Of a DNA stretch of 64,000 bases, positions 46,104 through 60,579 are shown piece by piece. How positions within the stretch are numbered: the first letter of the stretch is position 1; each line of letters begins with the position of its first letter. The stretch lies in NCBI RefSeq assembly GCF_009914755.1, contig NC_060947.1; one strand, given 5' to 3'. The DNA is from the human T2T-CHM13v2.0 reference genome, Homo sapiens. Under the pieces are notes generated by a model. It had not been told where the DNA came from. It saw only the letters and a list, made by a program, of their open reading frames with translations, and did no database searches. The position numbers and the translations under genes are program-made.

Positions 46104-47617
46104 CCTGCACATGTATATATTTCACCAAACAAATATAAGCACAAACAAAGGAATGCAGCTGTCTTAAATAGTCCCCATCTATTTGGTGTAGATGTATTGC
46201 ACCATTTTTCCCCGGTGCAAGAAGACTAGACATGTTTCCAATAGAGGATTCACCTCAAAGCGTTCAGCTTTGCCACCATCAAGAATATTTGAAAGAATGT
46301 GCCACACAAACACAAAAATTAACACTTATTGTGAGGCCACAAACGTTAGCTGAAACCTCATTTCTGCCTAACTTCTATAAATATTGGCAATTTCATTGAT
46401 AAAATTTTGATACTTTTCCAGCTTCCTAGGATTCTTGTTAGGATTAAAAACTAAGCTCCCTGAAGGGAGAGGGTTTTGATTATTTTATTACCTGCTCCCA
46501 AGCCTCTGGAACAATGTTTAGAACTTAATGCTAGGTCAATATTTGTTCAATGAATTATTGGAACATAAGGACATATGACTGACTACCTTGCACTTAGGAG
46601 TTGTTCAGAAAATTGTAGTTAGTATTATTTCTCTTTTATTTTATTCATTTCAAGAGATGCTTGCCTAACTTGAGTTGCCAAAAAAATGAGATGGGATACT
46701 AAGACAGCGGAAATGGGTCCTTCAAAAAGATTGTCTGTTTCTATATTGCAATGATATCTGAAATCTGATGCTGTGATAAGAACCAAAAACTTATCAGGGG
46801 TGGAAGGATTTTGCCCTGAATGAGAGGAGGCCCCGGTGAAGATGGTGTCTTATAATATTTGGTCATCATATGCAGGGCTGGCATCTTTTAAAGTGTAGCA
46901 GTTTTAGACCTAGACTGAAAATCCATTATATGTGTCGTATTCCAACCTCTTCCCAAACAAGACTCGGATTGTCTCCTATGGTTTCTGGTCACAAAACAGA
47001 TAAAATAAAACCATCCCTCCTGTTACCCTATTCAGAAACTCTGATAGCATTCTTCATATCTCTCATTCTCAATATAAATCACTCTCCACCAAAATTTGTT
47101 TATTCTCCTTGTCTCTACTCAGACACCTGCCCAACCCTACTCAATGTAATATTTTCTATATGTTATAGCCAGAATGATCTTTCATAAAGGTAAAGTTGAT
47201 AAGTATCCTGAAGTTTTAAAAAAAAATGGTACATTCTCTTTGCCCTTGAGGTAATGTCAGCATACTTTAAAAGACTTACAAGGTTTTTCATCATTTTGCC
47301 CCTTTGGACTCTATAGGAAAAATACGTGTATGCACACACATACACATATGTGTGTCTATTTTCATTTATGTCTAACTGAAATTTAGTATTTGCTTCATTT
47401 GGAAATACTAGCCACACTAATTAGTGGCTATTGAAAGAAACTGTTACTTTATCACTTGAAGTTACAAATATTTTCTTATTATATTATGGTTTTTGTAGGT
47501 TTCTCAGATATTATTTGCATTCATTGTCACTCCAAAATTAGGCCTGCCACTATCTCCTGTCATGTAAGTGTCAATAAAGAATTACATGTTACTATATTGC
47601 AAATTCATTTTATTACT

Positions 47618-47911
47618 TTTTTTTTTTTTTTGAGATGGAGTCTCACTCTGTCACCCAGGCTGGAGTGCAATGGTGCGATCTCGGCTCACTGCAACTTCCG
47701 CCTCCCCGGTTCAAGAGATTTTCCTGCCTTAGCCTCCTGAGTAGGTGGGGTTACAGGTGCATGCCACCGCACCCGGCTAATTTTTGTATTTTTAGTAGAG
47801 ATGGGGTTTCATCATGTTGGTCAGGCTGGTCTCGATCTCCTGACCTCATGATCCACCCGCCTCGTCCTCCCAAAGCGCTGGGATTACAAGTGTGAGCCAC
47901 TGCACCCAGCC
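47618..47911 (-). mobile_element. Alu (AluSg/Sc-like)
   Basis: Full dimer with T-run tail. Confidence 0.97.
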
Positions 47912-49473
47912 TATTATGTTTTGATTATTGCCTTTCAATATAACTGGTTTTCATCATAATTCAATGAAGTTTTATTTTGTGCATATATAAACATTCCAGA
48001 AAGGCATCCATAATCACCAAATGCCAAAGGAGTCCATCTCTCTCTCCTGTACGCACACACAATGTTAAGATCCTCAGGACTATATTGTAATACCTTGCAT
48101 ATTATTGTTCACTTGTTTTCCATGTAAAATGTTTACACCATTAGAACAGGTTTTGTTTCAGAATGATAACCTCCCAGACTGATTCAGTAGGGACTAAATT
48201 AATATGCATCTAATTAAATTGAAATGAAACAAAGCCCCGAGATACGGACAGAATTTCAGATGGTAATTTTGAGAACACCTTTAGCATTTAGTAAGGTGGT
48301 ACTCTTTAAACTCATGCTATGTTGTCAGTATTAACATTTCCAAAGTCACTAGGTTTAAATTTTAGAGACTTACTTTCTGACTACCGGCTCCAAGCATTTA
48401 TTTTAGCCTATGTGTACAAACATTCAGACTGGCTATGTGATGGAAAAGTAAAAAAAAAAAGATGACTTTTGTCCTGGCCCTCAAAATCTTATAGCTTAAG
48501 ATCTAATTCTCCAAAAGTAGACAAAAGTTGCTTGAGTATTGGGTTGCACTTGTTTGTATAGTTTTTATTCAGATAAGAATAATGAAGACTCTTGTTCTCT
48601 CTTTCTATCTATTCCTTTATAATAATAGTAATCATCATCATCATCTCAGGCAACAGCATCCTCAATGCGGTAAATTTTGCCTATCATATAAAAAATACAT
48701 TTGAATATATAGTTGTATCATGTTTACTTTCACTTTTTTGTAACATTTCAAAAAGTATTATTCTGCTATGACATTTTTTGGGCTTAGTCATAGAACAAAT
48801 GTGAGCTGTTAGGGAACTTTAAATGTCTTAGTTTTATTGTTTATTTATAACTAAAGAGCATTTTTAGTCTACTGTAAAGGCAAGTTATCATATGCTAAAC
48901 AACATAAAAATGACTGAATATTAAAGTTAAAACTTTTTTATGAGAAAATGAGAGACCCCTATGTGATTTATTTTAAAATAATCATTGCATATGCCCTCAC
49001 ACAGAAAATCAGAATGGTGTGATTGTTGCCTGCATGACCAAAATCGATTCTGCCTCCTTTGTGGTTAGCCAACACAGTGACTTCAGCACCTAGTAGACAC
49101 AGGTTGTGTAGTTGTAGTGGTGCATCCTTAGTGTTATGCTCTCCATTGCTGGCAGGACAGATTCTTTCATGCTTGTCTTCTTTAAAGCATTGACTTAATT
49201 TTTCAACTGAAAACAGTAAGTGACAAATGGAGCACAGAGTATTTTAGAACATACCCAGAAAGAGCACTTAAAGACAATAAGAAATACTCAAATAATTGAA
49301 ATAGGAATATTTTTATTATTATGTCATTAAACTAGCTGGTGCTTATCTGACATTTCCATGTTAGACATCCGTGCTTATCTAACATTGTAATGTTCCACGT
49401 TCCAAGTCTGTTTTATCTTGACCTGTGCACTATTAAGTACCAGCAGAGAGTGATCAATATTATTGTCCAAAGC

Positions 49474-50130
49474 AGTGCATCACAACCTTTACTGGGCACT
49501 GGAAACACCTGAGGATCTTGTTAAACTGCAAATTCGGATTCAGACATGAGGCTGAGAGTCTTGTAAAAGAAAAATTGAACAGATCGGTTAAACAGGTAAA
49601 GTAGACTTTATTGAGGACTGTTGTAATAGGAGAGAGTTTCATCTCAACTCTTCCACTGAAGCAAAAGGTGAAAGGATTTTTAAATGCTGGGGTGAGCTAA
49701 TGGAAAAGTACTGGAGGACATAGGCAGGATGGAGAATGTGATTGGGCTGGTTAATATGATTAGGCCACCTGTGTTTGCTAATGGTACCTTATCAAAGTTA
49801 GGCTCCTACACTCCTATAGAGACTGGGAAGTAGGGCCCTATCTTTCTTGATGATTACATTTCAAAGGATTGGCGCCCAGGTCCTTGAGAAAGAATTTCCT
49901 AGGTTGTAGAAGGTTTACATCTGAAAGGGGCAGAGAAGGAATTTACAATTGCAAATTTTCCAAAGTAATCGCTCTACAAAAAAGGAGGTAATAGGCCTAT
50001 CTATAGTCAGAAAGAAGCTTGTCTAAAGTTGGGAGGGGGGGACCATTAAGGCCATTGTGGTCAGTCAGTATTTCTACAAACTCCCAGGTGGTGTCAATGC
50101 CATTGGTCTGCAAACCACAGGTCTGCACTG
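49474..50130. mobile_element. MER5A-like fossil split by an LTR
   Basis: 'cacctgaggatcttgttaaactgcaaattcggattcag' and 'atttctacaaactcccaggtg...ggtctgcaaaccaca'. Confidence 0.7.
49562..50063. mobile_element. ERV1 MER4-group solo LTR (MER31-like), uninterrupted
   Basis: TG...CA ends, 4-bp TSD gtct/gtca; homologous to the pieces at 26144-29301. Confidence 0.8.
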
Positions 50131-50420
50131 TTACACTGATAGGAAAGATTCCATATTGATGATTCATGTTAACGCATTTTCTAGCTTATACAGTGTACTG
50201 TATATAGAAGTGTGTATTTGAAATGGTCAATACCATTGTCTGTCTAGATGGATAATAAAAGTTGTTGTGTACAATATTTATAGAATGATATCTTTTCATA
50301 CTTCTAGAGGCCTACTCAGAACATCTGAGTCTCTCCTGATGAGATGAAATTTGGAATAAGTTATGTCCCAGAATTCAGGACACATTTGATGTTTAACTTA
50401 TTTCACTATGAGAAAAGTAG

Positions 50421-50803
<383 letters not shown>

Positions 50804-52226
50804 ATTCGTCCATTTTTAACAGATGAAAAAAAAACTGTAATCAATTTTGGTCAGTGACAGTGCAAAAAATGCAATTTAATACTACAAATACTTATTACCT
50901 GATAAAGTTCTCAAATAATGAGCTAAAATAGAATGGATATGCCAAAACTGTAGCAAATCATTAAAGACAAAATAATAACATTCCAGGGACTTAAAACAAA
51001 TTGAATTCTCCAAAGAACATTATTATAAACTAATATTCCTAATTGCATAGGAATGGAAGATTTTTTTTTTTTTAATGTTAGTCATAGGAGTTTCAAGACA
51101 TTTGAATCACCTGCGTGGACACTGGCTTTTATCCTATTAAATTTAATGTGGTAATTTAGAGTGTTTTTATTAGAATAATCAACATTCTAAAATGCAATCA
51201 TTAGCATATTTGGCATAGAAAATAGATCTGAAATGAACCCAAAAAATGAGCTTTAAAAATTGCTAAAACTAGCAGTGTATAATGGTAACACAATCCAAAG
51301 GTCAAAAAACACAATGATTAATTAAAACTAAAGAATAATAATTAATTAGTAGTATTAAGAAAGCTTTGCCTCCTTTTCAAAAAAAAAAAGCTAAAAAGGA
51401 AAGTTGTTGAATGTTATTGTTTTTAAAGACCAGCTTTTCATGAATGAAGTTTTTAATCCTTTCAAAGCCTAATCTAAATTTAAGAATTCAAACAAAAAAT
51501 CCCTAATATTTTAATTTGCAATCAGGAGAGGTTCAATCAGACTAAGACTTTTTAATTTGACAGTCTCCTTTTTAACACATAGAGCTACTTCTTTGATCTG
51601 CCTTGGTTAATGAAATGGATGAGTTCCAATAAATTTGGATGCAAAGTAATAATCAACAGAATTCCATTTCCCATTGATTTTCATTGTAAACTTGTATCAC
51701 TTTTTTGACATAAAATAAGCACTCTCTGGAATGAATAATTTAATTTGAAATATGAATAAAAAATAAATTATGGTGCAGAATATTGCTAAGTCCTTCATAC
51801 ATTTGCAGCACTTTGCATCTACCACTGCTTACTTCCTAGACAGAGAACCATTTCCTATAATAATAGCTAAAACCCATGAAGGATTTCCTATCTGGAAATA
51901 GTTTCTATAACCTTTACATCTATTCATCTTCATGATTACATTGTTTAATGGGTACTATAGAGATCGTCAGCATCCCCATTTTACATAAATTGTAAGTGCC
52001 AGAGTTTTGGTTTAAACCAGGTTGTCTGACTCCAAACTCTTCACTTAAAAAATATATTTTATTTTTATAGATAATAATACAAATACTGAAAATATTTACA
52101 AAACAAATTTACAGGTAATGAACACTCTTATTACTAATGAAGGCAAATGCCTTTATTACTATCCTTGATGTCAGAAGCTAGAACCTTGCGAGCCATTCCA
52201 GAAACTTTCCACGTGCCTTCTTATAA

Positions 52227-52721
<495 letters not shown>

Positions 52722-54572
52722 AGTTTTGCCTAATTTTTAAAATCTATTAAGTTTCTTTTAATCTATAGGTTTCTTCCTTTATCTTTTTCTTTTATTTAAA
52801 CAGTATATGTGTTGAGGAAGCTAAATAGTTTGTTCTGTAGTCTTCCGTGGACTGGCTTTTGCTGCCTGTGTTTTTGTGATGCAATTTGTTTTGTTTCACT
52901 ATCATCCGTATTCCCTATCTGCCTTGTTGCCTTGCCTGAAGATCACCAAATTTCAAGGACTTCTTTCCTGCTCTGCTCCAAGGCACTTCTCAGCCCACTC
53001 TGGATGTGCGTGGGTGGTGGCCAGTAGAGGTGGGCTGCAATTACTGGCTTCTTTAGTAAGAGCTGTGAGGTTACATATATTCAACTCTGGGTTTCTAAAG
53101 GCCCATCCAAGGACAAGTTCCAGGGAAGATAGGGCATGCATGAGTTTGAGGCAGAATGAGAAAAATAAGCAACATACAATACATTTTTTCATAAAATTAA
53201 ATTTCTCCTTTTAAAGAAGTGTTCTTTATTATATTTCAGTTAGCCTACTGTTTCATTGGCATCGTTTCCCTTTCATTGTTTGTATTTTTGTTTTGGTGAA
53301 ACAAAAAATTAGAAACCCAATGTCAGTCTTTGTTCTCTTCTTATGATGCTAATTTCCAAAATTGAAAAGTGTTGGAAACTCTGCTTTAGCCTTAAATTTT
53401 CTGCAGAAAATTACATTTTGAATTTTCATAAAAGAAATTATTGGTCTTAACCCATTCTGTATGATAATTTTTAAAAAAAAAAAACTCTCTAAAGTGTACC
53501 TTGAAAAATAGTACCTGTGATTTGTCTAAGCTTTTGAATAATTCATTCTATCTCAAATGTATTTCTACCACTAAAGTTGCTATACCACTTTATGGAAAGA
53601 AGAAAAGCAACTTTCCTTTTTTGTACAGGAAACTTGAAAGTTCATCTCATGGAAGGTGTGGAGAGAAAGGTGGCTATGTAATTCTCCTTTGGATATTTCT
53701 GGATCTGTTTCTCAATCAGATTGGTTCCGTTCACACTGCCTGCTGTCATGAAAGTTTATGCCTCGCATGCAATGCCAGCATAAATTTCTCAGCACAAAAC
53801 AGCTCTGCTTGTTAAGGAAGATGTTCTGAATTATCAAATATATATTTTTTAATTAGCCACCCTTTCTTATGCTTTCAGAATATATATTAAAGTGATCTGG
53901 GGTATTTCATGTTAATGTAAGAAAAACAATCCAAACTCCCTTTGTTTCTTGACTTAGCTTATTATATCTTCAGTACTTGCAAACTGTGTGATACATGATC
54001 AGTCACAGCACACTGCTATTTACTGAGCATCCATGGCCACTGGCTGACGTGGCATTGAATATAACATTGTATTGTTGCTCTAAGCCTTTTAGCCTTCGTG
54101 CTAAATGACTCAACCCATCACAAGAAATTTATAATGGACATATAACTCACCTAGTTAGTCTGCATGAGATTGATTTGTTGTGAAGTTATTGGCTATAATG
54201 TCTTTGAGAGGATAGGCCTTCATTTCAAATAAAGACAGCCTCATTTATGGATTTCAAAGCATGTCTATACACTGTAAGTCTGTATTAAAGAAATGGGATG
54301 AAGCCAGCTGTTAAAAACAAGAAAATATGTGCAAAAGGATTTGGAGTTGACTGTATTATATAGAAGTATTAAATTAGGAGCTTTAGGGCATACTGAAGCT
54401 TCATATTGTTTGAAAGTTTATTTTGAATTCTGTAGAAAAATGAGTACTGTTAATTAGGTGATGTGGTTTCAGCATTCTCAGGCGTCTGCTCCCCACAGTA
54501 TCAAAACCTTTGCCCAAGTCCACTCACTTTATTGTGACCCCTGTAGATGCTCTATCATTATGGTCCCTTTAC

Positions 54573-54573
<1 letters not shown>

Positions 54574-54604
<31 letters not shown>
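54574..54604 (+). repeat. Pure A31 tract with no adjacent Alu or L1
   Basis: Read directly from the sequence. Confidence 0.95.
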
Positions 54605-54608
<4 letters not shown>

Positions 54609-56852
54609 GTTGTCTCTCAGGCAACCAGCGCTTTTTGTCAGCCTATTTCATCTCCCCATCCCTTCCTACAATCGTTTATACTACTGAAAACTTGAAAGCC
54701 CACATCCCATTCTCTCCTGGATCTCTAGGCCTACCAAAGTTTCTTTCTAAAACCATGAAATGACCACAAGTTAATTTGATGAAGTGATTCATAATAAATT
54801 GTTAATAAGAAGTGACCTACAACTAGGTCAGGTCATTCTTCAACCACCTATTTTATTAGTGATCCCCCACAGGCAATACATGTGACTGAAGCTGGAATTT
54901 GAACTTTCTGTGATGAGGGCCCTGTAGCGTATATGTGAGACCTCTGGTAGCAGGAGTCTCTGAGAGCCTCTAACTCATGGTAGTCTGAAATAGACATAGG
55001 CAAAGCCCCAGGGACATTTTTAAGAGAGCTGTTGTAAGTAATCCAGTATTATAAGTTAAGTCTGTCCTGTATTCATCAGAAAAAAACAGAATCTGCTGCT
55101 ACAAGATATTAGGATTTCTGGTCTTAAGCAACAGACTTGAATTTCACTACCTGGATTCTTCTCTTTGGCTTCATGTTTGCAGATAGGATGGTTGAGGAGG
55201 ATGGAGCTATTGAGAGGGTGGCTGCTCTGTGCAGTTGCTTTTGTTTATATTCTTACTGACCTGGCACAGTGTAGGTGGAGGTGATGCATGTTTTCTGACA
55301 TTGGGCCAGTGATGTATGGCCTGACCTTCAAAATGAGAAACATCATCTCTGTGGGTGAGACTATAGCCGTGCAAATGCTTTTATCCCATATTGCTCAGCA
55401 GTTTGCAACCGGTTCTGATAAAAAGCACCCACCCCGCTGAGTTCGCTGAAGCTTGTATATTGGTTTTAGGTTGAACATTTTGGCAAATTAACGACTGAGT
55501 GAAACCATAAAATTGGTTTTATTTACAACAAAGCCTTGTGGTGTCTGTTGGTTGTTCTTACATCTCTTTCCTTTAATCTTTGAGGTTGTTTCTGTAGGTG
55601 GCTTATCTAACTTTACATTGAAATTTGCATTCATTTCAGGATAATACTTCCCCTGGGTTTCTTCTTAATTGACATTGGACATGGTCTGCATTCTCAAACT
55701 TTGTGCATAAAGTTGGTAACTATACAGAGTCCTAGTTTACGCCTACCCCAGGTGATTCTGATTCGGGAGATGTGAGATGGAAACCCAAACTACACATTGT
55801 TAGTCAGTAGGTGACTCCCCCAGTGTGAATCTACTGATCTCATGTTTAGAAATACTGCTGTATACCATGCAAAGCTGTCATTTTCTAACTCTGCTAAACA
55901 ATAAAGGTTCACAAGCCATACTTCTGATTTGCCATAAAGTTCGAGTTTTTCTCCATTTGGTTCAATGGTGTTGCTATGGATGGCATTCATAGCAAATGAT
56001 AAGATTGGGCATAGTATACTTTGAGTGAATTCTTAGTTTTCCTTAGAACAACAAGATAATGAGTTAGAATTATAAGAGAGCCATCTAGTGGATAAGGATA
56101 TAGGCCTGTTGCATCTTGTCTTAATGTCGGCTTTATGGTTTTATCAGATTACAGATTTAAATATAAATGAAATTAAGTGTAGATATATACTCTGAATATA
56201 TTACATTAAATATATATTAAATGTTAGTGAATTTTGTTTTTGTTCTTTTTGTTTTAAAAAAATAATTTCTTATTTTATAAATGAGTCTGTACTTTTAAGT
56301 AGTTCTACTCCTTTAAATGAAACATGGATACAGAGATGATAAGACATGATTTTACCGTAAAATAAAACACACATTATATTTTTAGGGACATAAATATAGG
56401 CTAGTAACTAAAACATATTTTTTAATGCCTACTATATGTTCCTTGGATTTGAATGTAAAAGAGATTTCAGGACTTAAATAGTAGTTTATGCAATTAGAGA
56501 ATGCAGAAATAGCGTGAAAGAATTATAGTCTAGATACATTACTATTTTTTATATACTCTGGAAGTTTTTAACAGTTCGTAACAAATGCCTTGGGCAGATT
56601 AGGGCATTGCCAAAAATCAACATCATGCTACTTACATTTACAATCATCTGACAGTCATCTCTCAGACGAGCATCCTCCTGATTGCCTAACATGTTTCTTT
56701 TATAATGTAATAAAGGTGAGTTACACATTTGAGCAACAGTGTTTGTCTGTTATACCTAGAGAGAAGAAAAAAGATTGTAGGAGAGCAAGATACCCAAGAT
56801 ACTAACTTTTCCAGGCCCACATTTTAAGTGTATTGTCAAAAGAAGCATTTTA

Positions 56853-57180
<328 letters not shown>

Positions 57181-57635
57181 TAAAAGTTTGATATTTTAAA
57201 TTAAATTGAAGATACTCTATCACAACTTAACATTCTTATGCTGGGTCATCCCTCCTTCCCCTGTACTCAAGCTCCTAGAAATCTCATCTATTTATACCTG
57301 ACTCTGCTATTCAAGTAACTTCCAGGTTTTCTTCCCCCAGCGCTACATCTTTTCTTCTCTTCTCCAGGATCCTGCTGGACATCACTTCCTGATATTCTTC
57401 TGGCACCTCAACATGGCCCAAATCAAATTAGTTATCTTTGCACTGTTTTTGTATTGTGTATTTCAGTTAAAGGGGCTTACCTTTAATTTTCTTAAGAATA
57501 AAAGATTATAGTCTTATTTAATCTTTCTTTTTTTCTTATCTCCTTCCCCCAGTTTCCTGTTGGTTCTACCTCTAAAACCTATCTGGCATCATTCATCAGG
57601 ATACTTTGCAAAATGAGGATTATGAGGTCAGGTCC

Positions 57636-58374
57636 TGTGGTAAGCAGGGAGCCAAAAATAAGACCCTCAGAGTTTCTTGCCTCCCTGTTGTACACACCCA
57701 GTAAAATCCCCTTCCCTTGAGTGTGTATGAGACTATGAATAGGATGGATACCACACCCCCGACTAGGTTACGTTATACAGCAAAATGGAAGATAATTTTG
57801 TGTATATAATTTAGGCTGCAAATCAGTTGATTTTGAGCTAATCAAAGGAAGATTATTCTGGGTGGGCCTGACTTTATCAGGTGAAAGCCCCTAAACTAGG
57901 AACTGGGCTCTTCCTGAAGAGATAAATTCTCCTGCTAGGAATGAAGTACTCCTTGACAAAGTAAGCAGCCATGTTGTAAGCGGGCCCATGAGAGGGCCAT
58001 GTGGCCATGAATTTCAAGTGGCCTCTAGGAGCAAAGAGTGGCTCTTGTCTGACAACTAGCAGGAACAGAGATCTATAACCACAAGGAAATGAATGCTGCC
58101 AACAACCACATGAGCTTGGAAGAGCACCCAAGCTCCATAAATAAATGCAGCGTGGCTGGCACCTCAATACTGCTTCGTGAGACTCGGAGCAGGGGACCCA
58201 GTTAAACCGCACTTGGACTCCTGACCCACAAAAACTGTGAAATAATAAATTCAGGTTGTTTTAAGCACTATTTTTTAATTTTTAATTTTTATGGATATAT
58301 AATGGTTGCACATATTTATAAAGTAAGCCACTAAATTTGTGGTTATTTGTTATGCAGCAATAAATAACAATAAA
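57636..58374 (+). mobile_element. MLT1E/F-like solo MaLR LTR
   Basis: 'ccccttcccttgagtgtg', 'gattattctgggtgggcctgac', 'gccaacaaccacatgagcttggaag', 'tgttatgcagcaata'; TSD ggtcc/tgtcc. Confidence 0.88.
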
Positions 58375-58451
58375 TGTCCTCATTATCTTTTGCTTTGGAT
58401 CAGTGCAGTAACCTTCAAATGAAGCTCTCTTAGCTCATCCGTCTCCATGAA

Positions 58452-58519
58452 ATCCTACATAACACAGCCAAAGTCATCTTCCTTATCCTACATAAGACAG
58501 CCAAAGTAATCTCCCTTAT
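58452..58519. repeat. 33-bp tandem duplication (3 mismatches)
   Basis: atcctacataacacagccaaagtcatcttcctt / atcctacataagacagccaaagtaatctccctt. Confidence 0.9.
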
Positions 58520-58739
58520 AAACAGACTATAATGTAACCTCCATGAGATAGGGTTATAGATAGAGTTTTGTTCAAAGCTGTATCTCTAGAAGAACGCTAA
58601 CATTTATGCATGCTATAAATATTGACTGATGGACTCAATGAATAAATATCATCTGTCCTCCTACACATACATCAAAACCTTTGCTGGTCCCTTGCCTACA
58701 GAGACATCCTCCAGATACAAGAAGAGGGAAGGTATATAA

Positions 58740-58980
58740 TAAAATGCTTCAGCATACAGGTTCTAGAGTAAAACCTTGGGTTTAGATTTCAGCTCTAATA
58801 TTTCCTAGCTTTGTGATCTCTTGGAAGATGTATGACTTTACTAAGCTTCGGTTTTCCAATTTATAAAACATGAATAACTTTTACCACTCAAGACTGTATT
58901 GAATATTAAATAAGACAATGCATTTAACATATTTTCACAGTGCCTGGCCTATGCAATAGATCAACAAGTATTATTTATGA
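58740..58980 (+). mobile_element. MIR remnant
   Basis: 'ctagctttgtgatct...ctaagcttcggttttcc...attaaataagacaatgca...cacagtgcctggc'. Confidence 0.7.
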
Positions 58981-60579
58981 TTATAACATTTAAGGCCCTT
59001 TACTATATACCTTTCCTTCCTGTCCTCCAGCCTTATGAAGCTGGCACCCTTGTGTTTCCTGCCTTTGCAGCATGATGGAGAGTGAGATGCATGGATACTT
59101 TTAAAGTGTCCACTTCTACGCATCCCCTGCTAAATGACCTTGAGCAAGTTTCTTCCCGGTCTCAGTTTGGTTATCTGAGTAATGGGGCTAATTTGAATAC
59201 ATAGTTCTCGAGTTTGTATTGAGTCGATCCCTGCATTAGTCAGTCACATTGAACAATAACCAAATATTGGCCACTGAGGTCACTTACTGCAGGAACAATA
59301 TAATGGACGTCTTTCATAACATTATGAAGACCCATGGAAAACTTTTCTTAATATTAGAAATAGTTGTGTTGGTACTGAACAATCAACGGTTGTTATTGTT
59401 TTTATCTGACCAGGCTTTTCTCTTTGAATTAGCTTCTAGTTGAGACAATCTGTACTGACTCTAGTTCAGACCTTGTTCCCTGTCTCTGTGTATTTCCTTT
59501 TTTCTCGTTACAAATTTCTAATTTATGTTTTCCTGCTATATTTAGGTAAGTTACCTTAAATTCATTCTTTAAAAAAAAGGTAGAAGTAAGTATATAAAAA
59601 CCTTCCATGGTTGTTACATATGTAACAAGCACTATTCCTGTGTCATTTGTGTGAGGGTATGTGTGTGTTTTAATGGTGAGAGTTAACAAATTATGTAAGA
59701 AACACTGACATTGGAAAACTGATTTTAAAAAAACAACTTGCAAAATTTCATCAAATGAGTCTTGTTTCTTGCATTGAACAGATCATAAAAGCAATTCATA
59801 AAAAGGCAAATATAGTGATTCTTACATCACCCATTTAGTTAAAGTATCCCAAATGCTATAGCATAAGGAAGTACATGTGCTAGGCAGCCTTTGAGTTAAT
59901 GAACTGATGTTGATGTTAAAACTGGTGCACTCTTTTCTCCCGGAGGTATGGCTGAATCTGTGCCACAGCCAGCCACTTTTTCATCAGATTCCATTTGAAA
60001 GTCAATTGATGAATCAGCCCTGATGCCTCATTGAACATAATGTCGAGAAGCAAGATTTCTGTACTCTATTGATGTGTTTAAGCAGCATCAAACAAGCACA
60101 CACATCAATGGAAATATCGGTCAAATCATTTGTCAACAATTTTATAGAGAATACAGTTGACTTCCTAATTTCTCCACTGTTTGGGTTGCTATAGTCTAAT
60201 AAATCATGCTTCTGCATGGAGACATACTAATACTTCGTGGAAAAGTAATCAGAAGTCTTAATTGAAATAAAATTATATTTGTCCCTGTTTAAAGATATTC
60301 AAACACTACTTCAGTTCACAGACTTAAAAGTGAATAACTTCTTTATGACCTTATTGAATGAGGATGTGATTAATGTTACTAAAGTCACACTTACGTTGGA
60401 TTGGGGGACTGACCGACCATGCTGTGAGATCTTTAGCGAGAAAATTGAGCTCTCTTCTGGTTAGCGTTGACTGGCTATACTTTGTGCTAGCCATCACTGA
60501 CTTCCACCTAAAAAGATAAACTGTAGGTGTAAGCAGCAAATATCAAGCCGTCTTAGGCTGTATTCTTCTATTCCTTCTC

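Noticed and set aside
53015-53037. CTCF-like 'tggccagtagaggtggg'
   Set aside because: It mismatches the highly informative GGC end of the core motif.
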